A stretch of DNA of 64,000 nucleotides from an uncultured delta proteobacterium. GTDB lineage: Bacteria > Desulfobacterota > Binatia > UBA9968. The notes under the pieces are model-generated. The model searched no databases and was not told where the DNA came from. It worked only from the letters and a program-made list of their open reading frames with translations. The stretch spans positions 1,056,001 through 1,120,000 of the forward strand of contig CAVSHR010000004.1 in assembly GCA_963727625.1 (NCBI GenBank), written 5' to 3'. A program made the translations under genes and the position numbers. Positions 30,628 through 40,595 of this stretch are shown here, in pieces (position 1 is the first letter of the stretch; each line of letters opens with the position of its first letter).

Positions 30628-32340
30628 CTAGTTTTTGCTCTCTTTTATCGTTTTTAATTTCTGTTCTAAAGCCGTAATTAATGAGTCGATTGGACCACGG
30701 TGATGCTGGTTCACCGCGCTTGAAGGATTACCTTCAACGAGCTCCGCAATATCGCCCTTAACTTTCATTTCAACGTTATCTGTCCACAATTTGCCTTGGT
30801 TTTTAAAAATCAGTCGCATTCTATCCGACCACTTTCGATTACCTTTGAACTGCGGCGCTTCCGTGGACACACCGTATTTATTTTTTAACAGTGGCGAATA
30901 AAGTGTCTCGTTGTACAAGTCTTCAATTTCAGACTCGGATAAGCCGTTACGGCTAGCAAAAGTCACGTCAGCTTGTGTCGCAAGTCCTTCCCGTTCAGCC
31001 TTTTTAAATGCGCCGATACCCGAATTGTCGTAATCAAGAAAACAATGTGACATGCACATCGCTTCTCGGACCTGACCTAGCATATAGGTAAGATTGTTTC
31101 CCCCGAATAACGACTGAATGGCTAGGGACCTCTGATCCAACGAAGACTTCAGAGCTGGCGAGCCATGCTTAAGAAGCGCGCTAAAAGCGCGTTTGTCATC
31201 CTCTCCCTCAACAAGAAAAATTAATTCGGCATGTTGGAGATTGTCCGAGGCCCGAACGCCAAGAATATCGCGGATTTCCTTTATGTCTTTCGCTGGTACG
31301 GCCTTTTTTTGGTTGACGATCACGTTCGACTTGATACTTGTACGATCGACAAACAAAGGGCAGTGGGTTGTCATAATAACTTGATGCTTATCAGCGATTT
31401 CAGCAAGAACTAAACGGAGCTGATGAATGGCCGAAGGATGCAAATGAGATTCCGGTTCTTCTATCGTCAATATTAACTGGCGACCGAGCGCGCCACTTTC
31501 TGACGAGTGACGCATCAGGCTAAGTGCGGCGAGACTTTGAACACCATCCCCTTTCCGAGCCAAAAGGGTTGGCGTTCCATCATCTACAACTATGTCACAT
31601 GATCGCCTCAATGCTCGATATCTCGCTTCTTCTGATATGGTCACCCTTACGTTTCGTACGTTAGGTAGAAAAACACGAAGGGTCTCCGTGATGCTTTTGG
31701 AAATTTTATCTAAAACCGGAGCTTGAATCTTCGCGACTTCAGCAAGCGCCTTCTTGTATGCCGATTCCTCCTCGACCGGCTTGAGCTCTCGATCGACAAT
31801 TCCACTGACGATCGATTCAGCTTGATCGTACGTTCTCACGGAAGGAATGTAGGTAATGTTAATTCTCTTGGAAACAAATTGCGCAATGAGTTCATCTTTT
31901 TTTGACAACGCTGGGCCACCCGGCCCCTTTTTTACAACTTTAAAACTCGGATCGCCTTTGCCGAGCGATAGTTGAATCGGCAGCGATCCATTGAGCGAAC
32001 TCTTTACCTCGTCATAAAATTCATCAATTTCTCCGGCCGTGAGCTCGAACTCCAATTTGAAAACAGATTCCCCACTGGCGTGCTTGGATTGGAGAGAAAT
32101 TGGATAGTCGCGCTCCCAATTATACCCTCCCAGATCGCGTCTTGGGGTTTGAACTCTACCACGACGAATTTTGTACACTCTCAAATCGCGTAGGACCTCG
32201 AGGCCGGAGACAAGAGCCTTTAGGATATTGGATTTCCCCTCGTTGTTGGGACCGAGCAGCACCGTGGACTGCCGAATCGGAAGTCGATAGGCTCTAGTGA
32301 TGCTCCTGTAATTGGTGACTGAAAAGGATACGAGTTTCAT
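30628..32340 (-). CDS. OLD-family ATP-dependent endonuclease (ABC-type ATPase plus TOPRIM)
   Basis: Walker A GPNNEGKS, KGDGVQS, Walker B/D-loop IEEPESHLHP, TTH switch, TOPRIM LVEGEDD...DYD; ATGA overlap with the hsdS stop. Confidence 0.85.
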   Translation of the reverse strand: MKLVSFSVTNYRSITRAYRLPIRQSTVLLGPNNEGKSNILKALVSGLEVLRDLRVYKIRRGRVQTPRRDLGGYNWERDYPISLQSKHASGESVFKLEFELTAGEIDEFYDEVKSSLNGSLPIQLSLGKGDPSFKVVKKGPGGPALSKKDELIAQFVSKRINITYIPSVRTYDQAESIVSGIVDRELKPVEEESAYKKALAEVAKIQAPVLDKISKSITETLRVFLPNVRNVRVTISEEARYRALRRSCDIVVDDGTPTLLARKGDGVQSLAALSLMRHSSESGALGRQLILTIEEPESHLHPSAIHQLRLVLAEIADKHQVIMTTHCPLFVDRTSIKSNVIVNQKKAVPAKDIKEIRDILGVRASDNLQHAELIFLVEGEDDKRAFSALLKHGSPALKSSLDQRSLAIQSLFGGNNLTYMLGQVREAMCMSHCFLDYDNSGIGAFKKAEREGLATQADVTFASRNGLSESEIEDLYNETLYSPLLKNKYGVSTEAPQFKGNRKWSDRMRLIFKNQGKLWTDNVEMKVKGDIAELVEGNPSSAVNQHHRGPIDSLITALEQKLKTIKESKN

Positions 32341-32462
32341 AGAAAACCTCTGCTGAAGGGTAGTCTTTCGCTGAAGGCGCCTTGCAAAATCGACTGGTGG
32401 AGGCGGGTGGCGCGCTGTAGGTTGGCGCTCACGACTTCTTCGAGTTCCTCCACAACACTTAA

Positions 32463-33978
32463 CCCTAAACCGACAATAATTTTGGCGTTCACGCGGCCGA
32501 TTTGAGTTTGTCTTCGATGGATTCGATCCATTTTTGCACTGGTGGAGCTACCGAGAAACGCAGCACCGAGTAGCCTTGAGGTTTGACGATGCGTGCCGGT
32601 TGATGAATCAGCTTAAAACGGATCGTTTTCAAACTATGGAGCAAATAACTGCAAGTTCGTTTGCGCGATCTGGGCTTGGGCGTAGCTAAAGTCTGGAGCT
32701 GAAAGTTTCTCACCAGGTTGTGCCCCAACACCGAGATTTGCTGCCAGGCCGAGTTCGCTCCGTAGTGGCGGGTGGGCACCACATCCAAAGCCCATTGCCC
32801 TTTGAGCTCGGCGAAGGTTTTCTCTTGGGCCCCCCGCCCCGCCATGAAATTCCATAACGCTGCAGCACCTAAATCGAGATTGGTAGTCACCGCGGAGTAC
32901 TCAAAGTAGCCATCCTCTGGGTCGAACAGATCGAGCTGGTAGTTCTTCTTGCTCTGGTGGTGAACAGGTTTTCGGTAAACCACCACGCGCAGCGTCTTTT
33001 CCCAGGCCTCCACATACAGTGAGACTTCGAACCATCCCATGCCGTCTCCTAGTCGATGCCAGCGTTGACGCTCGCGGACGATCGGCACCAGGCCTAACCA
33101 TTTCATAAACGGCACTTTGATCGCGTAGCGCGCCTTTCTGCGCTCCAACAAATGGATAATCTCTCGCTGGAAAAACGCCCCGTCCATGCGAAACTCTAAC
33201 GGCAACGCCCTTCCCAGCCGTGCTCTGACATCGTCGATCAGCTCGCCTAAGAATGCCTGTGCACCTTTGGAGTCATGGACATTGCCGGGCCGATTCTTGA
33301 CTCGCAAGATGTGGCCGGTCTGGGCCAGATGGGCCAGGATCGGATAGTACGAAGGATTCTTGCGATGATGTGGATTAAATCCCCGAAACGCCCACGCCAC
33401 ACTGGCTCCGGTCGTAATCACACTGCCGTCGATATCCAAAGTCAGACGTGCCAACGACTGCTTCTCGATCGCCTCATAGACGATCTGGCTGTTGATCTCC
33501 ACCAACGCTCTGAGCGACTTGTGGGTAAACCGCTTGAGCCAGCGCGCCACGCTGCGCTCGCGCGGTAGGCGCAACAAGCCGCAAAACCGCTTCACCAACG
33601 GATCGTCGCAAACGTAGTTCAGATGATCGAGCCGGCGTCCGCCCACTAAAATCAAAACCACGATCACCAAGACCATGTCGATGCAGCGATAGTCTCCACC
33701 GATCTCGTATCGCCCAAACTCCCTGCTCACTCTACGTCCCAGGTCGATCAGCGCTATGTAGCGCCGCATCAACTCCAAACCGCCGAACGCCGTGATGTCT
33801 TGAGCCGCAAACTCGATCTTCAAAAAACTCTTGCACGATGAATAAAAATCCGCTCTATTCAATCTCACTTAGAGTGGCCTCCTTGCAGGACGATTCAGTC
33901 GGTGTGGTAACTGCTTTATCTCCCGCAACCGTAGGCCATTTCAAGTTCTATCTGCTCTCTTTTATTGTCGGATTAGGG
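32463..33978 (-). mobile_element. IS1380-family element inside hsdS
   Basis: Ends CCCTAAACCGACAATA and TATTGTCGGATTAGGG; TTAA duplication at 32459-32462 and 33979-33982. Confidence 0.9.
32489..33868 (-). CDS. IS1380-family DDE transposase
   Basis: ITAFGGL, LDIDGS, SYYP, RPGNVH, RMDGAF, RGAQEKTFAELK, YGANSAW. Confidence 0.9.
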   Translation of the reverse strand: MRLNRADFYSSCKSFLKIEFAAQDITAFGGLELMRRYIALIDLGRRVSREFGRYEIGGDYRCIDMVLVIVVLILVGGRRLDHLNYVCDDPLVKRFCGLLRLPRERSVARWLKRFTHKSLRALVEINSQIVYEAIEKQSLARLTLDIDGSVITTGASVAWAFRGFNPHHRKNPSYYPILAHLAQTGHILRVKNRPGNVHDSKGAQAFLGELIDDVRARLGRALPLEFRMDGAFFQREIIHLLERRKARYAIKVPFMKWLGLVPIVRERQRWHRLGDGMGWFEVSLYVEAWEKTLRVVVYRKPVHHQSKKNYQLDLFDPEDGYFEYSAVTTNLDLGAAALWNFMAGRGAQEKTFAELKGQWALDVVPTRHYGANSAWQQISVLGHNLVRNFQLQTLATPKPRSRKRTCSYLLHSLKTIRFKLIHQPARIVKPQGYSVLRFSVAPPVQKWIESIEDKLKSAA

Positions 33979-34601
33979 TTAATAGGCGCTCGACTTCGGG
34001 AACAATCCGTTTCTGCTCAACGTTCGGCGGAACTGGAACCGGAAGCCTCCGGAAGTCTTCGACATTGACACCTCGAAGTGCCACGCCTCGCGTTTCTCCG
34101 CTGAGCCAACGTTGGCAAAGATCCGATCGAATCGCCCAGACAACGTAATTTCTGACGACATCCTTCGCAATTGGCGCACGCATTACGTGCTGCGTAATGT
34201 TTCCCCCGGCTAGTTCTGGTGGAACAACAGCCACGCGACCAATCGTTCCGTCTTTCGAAATTAAAATATCCCCACTTGCCAGTGTTGCGCGAGCGAACTT
34301 TGCAGCGCGTTCTTTAGAGGTTCGACGAAGATTAGAAATATCAATTCGTCCATCTTTCATCTCAGTGACTCTGACGTACGGGACACCACCATTTATGTGG
34401 GGGCCTGGCTTAATGATTCCATAAATTATGGGCCGATTTGCTTGCCCGATTTGCTCCAGCGTTGCCCACGCCCACCCCCCCGGCAGCGACGGCAGATTCG
34501 ATGTATCCGGTTTCTGCGGCTCTTTGTACTTCCCCTTCCCAGTCCATTTCTGGCGCCGCTCGTCAAGGATGCGGTCGAGAAGTTGGGCGCCGGTTTCGTA
34601 G

Positions 34602-34883
34602 CCTGCCTGCCGCGCCCGCCCCGCCGCTATCTCGCGCCGAATCCATTTTCGGCCAAACCCAGTCTTAAGCCATTTTTCCCTTGCGACACCTTCTTCTCGC
34701 GATGTGTATTCTTCGTAATGAACGATCGACACTGGCTTGTGTTGGCTTGTCCAATCTGCGGCCTGCCCGGCTAAGTGCTCTTTCCAACGCTTTTGAAGAT
34801 CCTGGGTTTGGCCGATGTAAACGCTGTCGTTGTCACATCGAATGGCATAGACAAAGAAGACCCCGGGGCGCGGCGCAGGCAGG
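34602..34883 (-). mobile_element. In-frame GIY-YIG endonuclease insertion in hsdS bounded by inverted repeats
   Basis: 282 bp (94 codons); FVYAIRCDNDSVYIGQTQDLQKRWKEH...REKWLK; ends CCTGCCTGC and GCAGGCAGG. Confidence 0.85.
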
Positions 34884-35579
34884 GTGCGGCCTTCTTGGCG
34901 GGCGAGTTCGGCTTCGGTGGGGACGAGTTTGCCTTCGCAGGCGGCTTTGAGGACGGCGGCGCGGTAGCGTTTGAGGTTGGCCTGCACGCGCCGCAAGCCC
35001 GCGACTCCCGCCTCCAGCCGCGTGAATTGCTTCTCGATCTCCGCGACGATCTGGTGACTGTTACGTCAGGAGGCGAATCGGAACCTGCAAGTGCCTCAAT
35101 TCTTGTGCGCTAACGTTTTGCCGCGCGAACGCCGTTACCGAGACGATACTGCAAGAATTGCCGATCAGCAGAGCGGAGAACAAGTGCCCACGCAAAATAT
35201 CGGAGAGGCAATTCTCGGCTTAAGCAGCAACGAAGCCCGGATTCGATGATTTTGTGAGTCGGTTCTGCCTCAATCAGGCGGACCGAGAGCAACTTTCCCA
35301 TAGTGAGCCAGACATCCCGATGAGAAAGAATCACCCTCGCTGGGCCACGAAGTATCGGCAACTCTTATATAAAACGATGCGGCGACACGATTCGCGCGGC
35401 AACGTCATACATCGTCCTACATCCCAGGTCGGACTGCCTTATTAGGGGACACCTTCTGGCCTGTAATCACTGCTCTTAAACGCGTAGCCATTCCGGACTT
35501 TGAGAATGGCGCTCCGCAACAGCGATCTTGTCAAGAGGTTGCCCACCGCTTGGCAATCGCGGACTATCAGACATCTCAC

Positions 35580-38500
35580 TCACGCTGCCAACACCTCGTT
35601 GAGTTCATCGAGCAACTTCGGAAGTTCGTCACCAAACAATTGATGTGCTTTTCCCAATCCTCCCCGCTGGCTGAAGGGCGCGTAGTTGAAATCGTTTGGC
35701 TCAATGCTGATCGCAGTTGCGATATGGTCGCGGATAAGTTCCAGCCAGGCCAACTGCTCCGGCGTAAATGTTAAAGTAGCAGAGGCGTCTCGCCTCTGTG
35801 TTTCCTCCGACGCCGGAGCAGACGCACTTCGCGTGCGCTGTTCGTCCGAAATAGTGGCAGAGCCGTCTCGGCTCTGTTCTTCGTCCGATCCCAGCGGCGG
35901 GACGCCGCTGCCACTTTGTTTCCTTACCAGCCACTGCTTAAACCCTTGATTGACCGTTTGGGCGAAACGGCTCAAGAACCTGCTCGCGTTCGAGCGCGAA
36001 GCGGACGAGGGAGACGAGGTCGGCGAAGCGGCCGGCTTGGGAACGGCCTTTGACCTTCTTCGGCGCGACGGCGGCGAAGGCGTCCCAGAGGCGGTCTTCG
36101 GTCCAGGCGGCGTGCTGTTCGCGGAGTTTTTTCTCCAGCTCCTTGAGCATCGGTTCGGTGAGGCGGTGACGGTACGGGCGGCTGTAAAGAAGCTGCAGCG
36201 CGGTGATCTCCGCTTTGTGCTTTTCGATGTAGTCGCGGAACGACTTCGTCAATTCATCGGCGTTTTGCGTCGTCTGCTGACTCGCGCCGGCGAAGAGCAC
36301 GCGGTCGCGGGTGATCACGTCGATCACCTGCTCGCTGGTCTGGTGGACCTTTATCAATAGCTGGCGCAGCGCGGGATTGCCCGCCAGCGGCGCGACAGCT
36401 TCCTTTGCCAAAGTGGCAGCGGCGTCCCGCCGCTGCTTCTCCGTGGGCTCAAGATAGCTGGGGTTCTCAGCGCCCCGGTGTGCGCGGATATATTCGCGGA
36501 ACTTTTCCATACTGGCTGGGCTTCGGACGATGTGGTCGAAAGATTCCTTTTGCCAGACCGCGATGGCTTTCTCGGACGGAGGCGGGACGCCTCCGCCACT
36601 CTCTTCGGATGCGGATTTTAAAGTGGCAGAGGCGTCTCGCCTCTGATTCTGGAATTCAGTCAAGCGGCGGGACGCCGCTTCCACTTTTAAGATTTCATGC
36701 GCCGTGAAGGACTTCCAAGAATGGAGGATTTCAGACAACCGATGGTCGCCCAATGGGGAGACCAGGACGTGAACATGATTGGACGCCACGGCAAATTCAT
36801 CCAGCTGGTAGCGATCGCCGTCAAAGTGCCGGAGAGCGTTTTCCATTAACTGTTTCACTTCCGGCAGAGCTAAAACGCAAGAACCGGTTCCGGCATCGAG
36901 CCACTGCTGAATGCGTTGGGGAAAGCGCTCGTAATATTCCATTCGCGCCACCGCGTCATGGGGCTCCGGGTGTTGGGCAAGCCACTGGTCTCTTTCCGTT
37001 CTCCATTCCGCAAGCTTTTCTAGCGGCAGCGAATCGGCGAGCCGAAAGGTCACAAAGTAAGTCGCGCCGTCCTGCCGCCAGTGCGGCAGATCACCCGTTA
37101 GGAACGCCACGGGTTCATTGGGATCAAAGTAATTGAGAGTGGCAGCGGCGTCCCGCCGCTGTTGTTCGAGAACCAAGAGGCGGGACGCCGCTGCCACTTT
37201 GTCCGGATTCACTGCTCCGAGAAGCTGCTGCGCGATCTCGCAGAGGGTCTGGCCCTGGGCCGTGGTCCGGACTTCCTTTGCGAGCGCTTCGTCGAAGCGT
37301 TTCTCCAACCGAACCAGCCGTCCGGCGAGGCTTTCGAGCACTTCGGGCTCACGATTGCCGAGGGCGACGGCGTCAAGCAGCTTGTCGAAGCTCACCGTGC
37401 GCTTGGTCTCCAGCGGGCGGGAATCGGTCAGGTCCTGCTCGCAGACACCAACGGCGTCGATGATGACAAAGCGGTTCTTGCGCTTGATGCCGGGATTGAC
37501 CTGTTCCATTTCCGTTTCCGATATTACCCGTACTCCCCTGCCCTTCATCTGCTCGAAAAAGCCGCGCGACTTGACCGAGCGCATGAAAAAGACGATCTCC
37601 AGCGGCTTTACGTCGGTGCCGGTGGCGATCATGTCGACGGTGACGGCGATGCGCGGGTTGTAGCTGTTGCGAAAGGCCTGAAGAATCTGATCCGGAGAGA
37701 GATTGGACACTTTCTTCCAGACGACTTCTTCTATTTCTTTTCCATCGGCTCCGGTTTTCTTCTCGACATCGCGCACGAAGCCGGTGCGGTAGGTTATTTT
37801 CTGGCAGAAGTCGTTGCCTTTGTCGAAGACCTCCCGGCAGATGCGCACGATATCGTCGGCATGGGAGTCGTCCTTGGCGAAGATCAGCGTCTTGGGCACC
37901 TGATAGCGGCCCGGAAAGATCTCCGTGAAAAGTTTATCGCGAAAGGTCTGTAGCACCGTGCGAATCTGATCCTCGGCGACCACGGCGCGGTCGAGCTGAG
38001 CGGCGTCGTACCGGAAGTCTTCGTCGAGTTGCTCCCAGCGTTTCTTGCGCGTCTGGCGGTCGCGCTTGTCGACATAGAACCCGGCGTCGATCTTGGCGCC
38101 TTGAGAGGTGACCTCGGTCTGGATGCGATAGACGTCGTAATTGACGTTGACGCCGTCGGCCACCGCCCGCTCGTGGTTGTATTCCATGACCAGATTCTGA
38201 TTGAAAAAGCCGAAGGTCTGCTTGGACGGCGTCGCAGTAAGGCCGATCAGATGGGCGTCGAAATACTCCAGCACCTGGCGCCAGAGGTTGTAGATCGAAC
38301 GGTGGCACTCGTCGGTGATGATGATGTCGAAGGTGTCGATGGGGAAGGCCGGGTTATATTCGATCGGCGGGGCTTCTTTGAAGAGCGATTCCAAGCCCTG
38401 GACCGAGCGCTCGTCGGCTTCCTCGTCGAGCTCCTGCCCTTTGAGCATGGAATAAAGCCGCTGGATGGTGCCGATGCAAACTCGGGCGCTGGTATCGAGC

Positions 38501-39297
38501 GTGTTCGAAGCCAAGCGCTGGATGATGTACTCCTCGTGGAACTTATAGTTGTTGTAGGGCGACACGTATTGCTGAAACTCTTTGAGCGTCTGCTTGCCCA
38601 GGTTGCCGCGATCGACCAGGAAGAGAATGCGCTTGGCGCCGGCGAACTTGATCAGCCGGTAGCTCAAGACAATCGCGAGCAGCGTCTTGCCGGAGCCGGT
38701 GGCCATCTGCACCAGCGCGCGCGGCCGGTTGTCGCGCAGCGACTGCTCGATGTTCATGATTGCCTGGGGCTTGGGCGGCCAGATGTCGTCGATCAGCGGC
38801 GGCATGTGCTGGATGCGGCTTAAGAAGTTACCGCTGCGTCCGGCGTAATCGGCGATCGTTTCGACCGGCTCGGGCGACGCGTAGTTTTCCACCCAGCCGA
38901 GCAGAGCGTCAGGACGGTGATACGCGAACACGTTGCGGCTCCGCGGTACGGGATCGAGACGGTTGGTGAAGCGCGTCTCGGTGCCGGTGGACTCGTAGCT
39001 GAACGGCAGCGGCGCGCGCCAGGCGGGGATGCCGAACGGCACGCCTTTAACGTACTTCTCTGACTGCTCCTCGACGCCGGTAAGCGAATGGCCGGCGGGT
39101 TTGGCTTCGATGGTACCGATCGCTTTGCCGTCGACGAACAGCGTGTAATCGGGCTCGCCGGTCTTAAACGTCAGCTCGCGCACGGCAACGCCGCGCGACG
39201 CGGCGAGATTGACGCCGTTCTTGTCCTGGACAACCCAACCGCAAGAGCCGATTAACGCGTCGATTTCTATTCGGGCTAGTTCCTCGGGATCGGGCAT
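35580..39297 (-). CDS. hsdR: Type I RM restriction subunit HsdR; frameshift near 35965 separates the C-terminal tail
   Basis: PDY.LFVDGKAIGTIEAK, MATGSGKT, DECHRSIY, GLTATP, TGTD, QMKGRG; tail FTPEQLAWL...PFSQRGG. Confidence 0.9.
35774..35916. repeat. Cluster of three REP hairpins within the hsdR 3' end
   Basis: GTAGCAGAGGCGTCTCGCCTCT, GTGGCAGAGCCGTCTCGGCTCT, and inverted AGCGGCGGGACGCCGCTGCCAC. Confidence 0.85.
36411..37198 (-). mobile_element. In-frame RAYT (Y1/HUH) domain with six REPs embedded in hsdR
   Basis: LPHWRQDGATYFVTFRLADSLP...NHVHVL...HSWKSFTA...WQKESFDHIVR...EYI; REP consensus GTGGCAGCGGCGTCCCGCCGCT. Confidence 0.88.
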
Positions 39298-39425
39298 GGT
39301 TACCGAAGAAGATTTAACGAGCCAACAGTTCTGCTTTAGCTAAGATGGCTTAACCAGTGTAATTTTTTCATAGATTACTGCATCGGGCGGGTTTCGGCCA
39401 AGGGCGATATTTAAAGGAAAACAAA

Positions 39426-39787
39426 TAGGCATGAGGCGCGAGGCAACAGGCGTGAGACGGAGAAGAGTCGGATGAAATTGAAATACAAAAACCGCGATCG
39501 TGGCTCGGCGTCGTAATCCGCAAACCCGCCGTAATGGGATCGTATTCTAAGGACGACCGGTCCGATTGTCCAAGATGAAATTCCTATATCACTGTTATTG
39601 GTTATTCTTATATCACTCGGCCGCGGACAGCACTGCGACAATTGATCTCACGACCGGTTGAAGTCGTTCGAAACGTTCCATCGCCGCGGTCCCGGCGCCG
39701 CTTCACGGTTCAATGTTCAAAGGGTCCAAGGACCAGCTTCGTCGGGGAACTTCCACGTTTCGAGAATTCTCGAAGTGTCGAAATGAC
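39426..39787 (+). repeat. About 350-bp composite direct repeat, copy 1
   Basis: Matches 41248-41530 plus 42859-42931; heptamer AGGCnnG run, GTTCAA units and a terminal palindrome. Confidence 0.85.
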
Positions 39788-40038
39788 GTCAAATCCGCTC
39801 GCGCGATATTTGTCAGTCACCACTGCGACGGCTTGTTGAAAGTGCCATGCTCGTCTTTAACAGTCGTCGGAAGCTGCCTGGCGGCGAGAACGCCTGGGCG
39901 GATGTGCTTATAAAAGAACCCGTTCCAGTCGTTCAATCCCCCGGATCGAGTCCTTGGTCCGTTCAAATCGTTCCGGAGTGTGCACCAACGGGGGAGGCCG
40001 CACGTTTCGAGAATTCTCAAAACGTCAAAATGCCGAAG

Positions 40039-40299
40039 CTACTTCTCTAGACCAAGTCGCCGGCGAAGTTCGGCAGCTGGAACGGCACCTTCTTTTTTTA
40101 ACCGTGCCCTGGAGCGTTTAATGATTTTTAAAAACTTGCGGTTGGTGCTGAGAGCCACAGTTTCTTCATCGACGTTTCGGATGGGTACGACCGCGGCGAA
40201 CGGCTTGCCCTGCTTAACAACAATCACCGGGTCTTTTCTCGCCTTTTCGGCGTATTCCGACAGCGGTGCTGTGGCTTTTTTGAGTTCGACCCTTGTCAT
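40039..40299 (-). CDS. Phd/YefM family antitoxin
   Basis: ATAPLSEY...DPVIVVKQGKPFAAVV. Confidence 0.8.
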   Translation of the reverse strand: MTRVELKKATAPLSEYAEKARKDPVIVVKQGKPFAAVVPIRNVDEETVALSTNRKFLKIIKRSRARLKKEGAVPAAELRRRLGLEK

Positions 40300-40595
40300 A
40301 GCTTGATTCCTTCTCCCCCAATTCGGACTCGCTCTCTTTCCTTGACGCCAACCGCCAGAATGGTCACTGTTGGAAGAGATTCGTCGCTCACTTCATAATA
40401 CACTCTCAACTCGCCAATGCGAAGTTCCCACGGTGCTATCGGGTTGGGCCGCATTGGCTTTCTGTTTCGCGTCTCTACCGCAGGCTGACTAAGCAATTGT
40501 CGATCAACGGTGTCGAGTACAATTCTTTACTGACGCGCCGTGAGCCCCCGCAGGTGATCCTCCGCCTCTGGAGAGTATTGGATGATGTAGGCCAA
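40296..40595 (-). pseudogene. RelE/ParE family toxin with an internal TAA at codon 23
   Basis: MAYIIQYSPEAEDHLRGLTARQ*RIVLD...WELRIGELRVYYEV...ILAVGVK. Confidence 0.8.

Larger units (their letters stand above)
32337..35574 (-). pseudogene. hsdS: Type I RM specificity subunit HsdS; TRD1 frameshifted, GIY-YIG inserted, interrupted by IS1380
   Basis: Start MSDSPRLPSGW; NGYAFKS; IVAEIEKQFTRL; LKRYRAAVLKAACEGKL; LPGGWAWATL; EQKRIV.EVERLL|SVVEEL...QSILQGAFS. Confidence 0.85.

Noticed and set aside
30628-32340. Gabija system
   Set aside because: No adjacent UvrD-like GajB helicase.
36411-37198. Intein in HsdR (or in HsdS at 34602-34883)
   Set aside because: No N-terminal Cys/Ser block or C-terminal His-Asn splice motif; the boundaries are DNA palindromes.
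40527-40529. Recoded stop codon in the RelE-like toxin
   Set aside because: It is TAA at a non-catalytic position with no downstream hairpin; a simple nonsense change is more likely.
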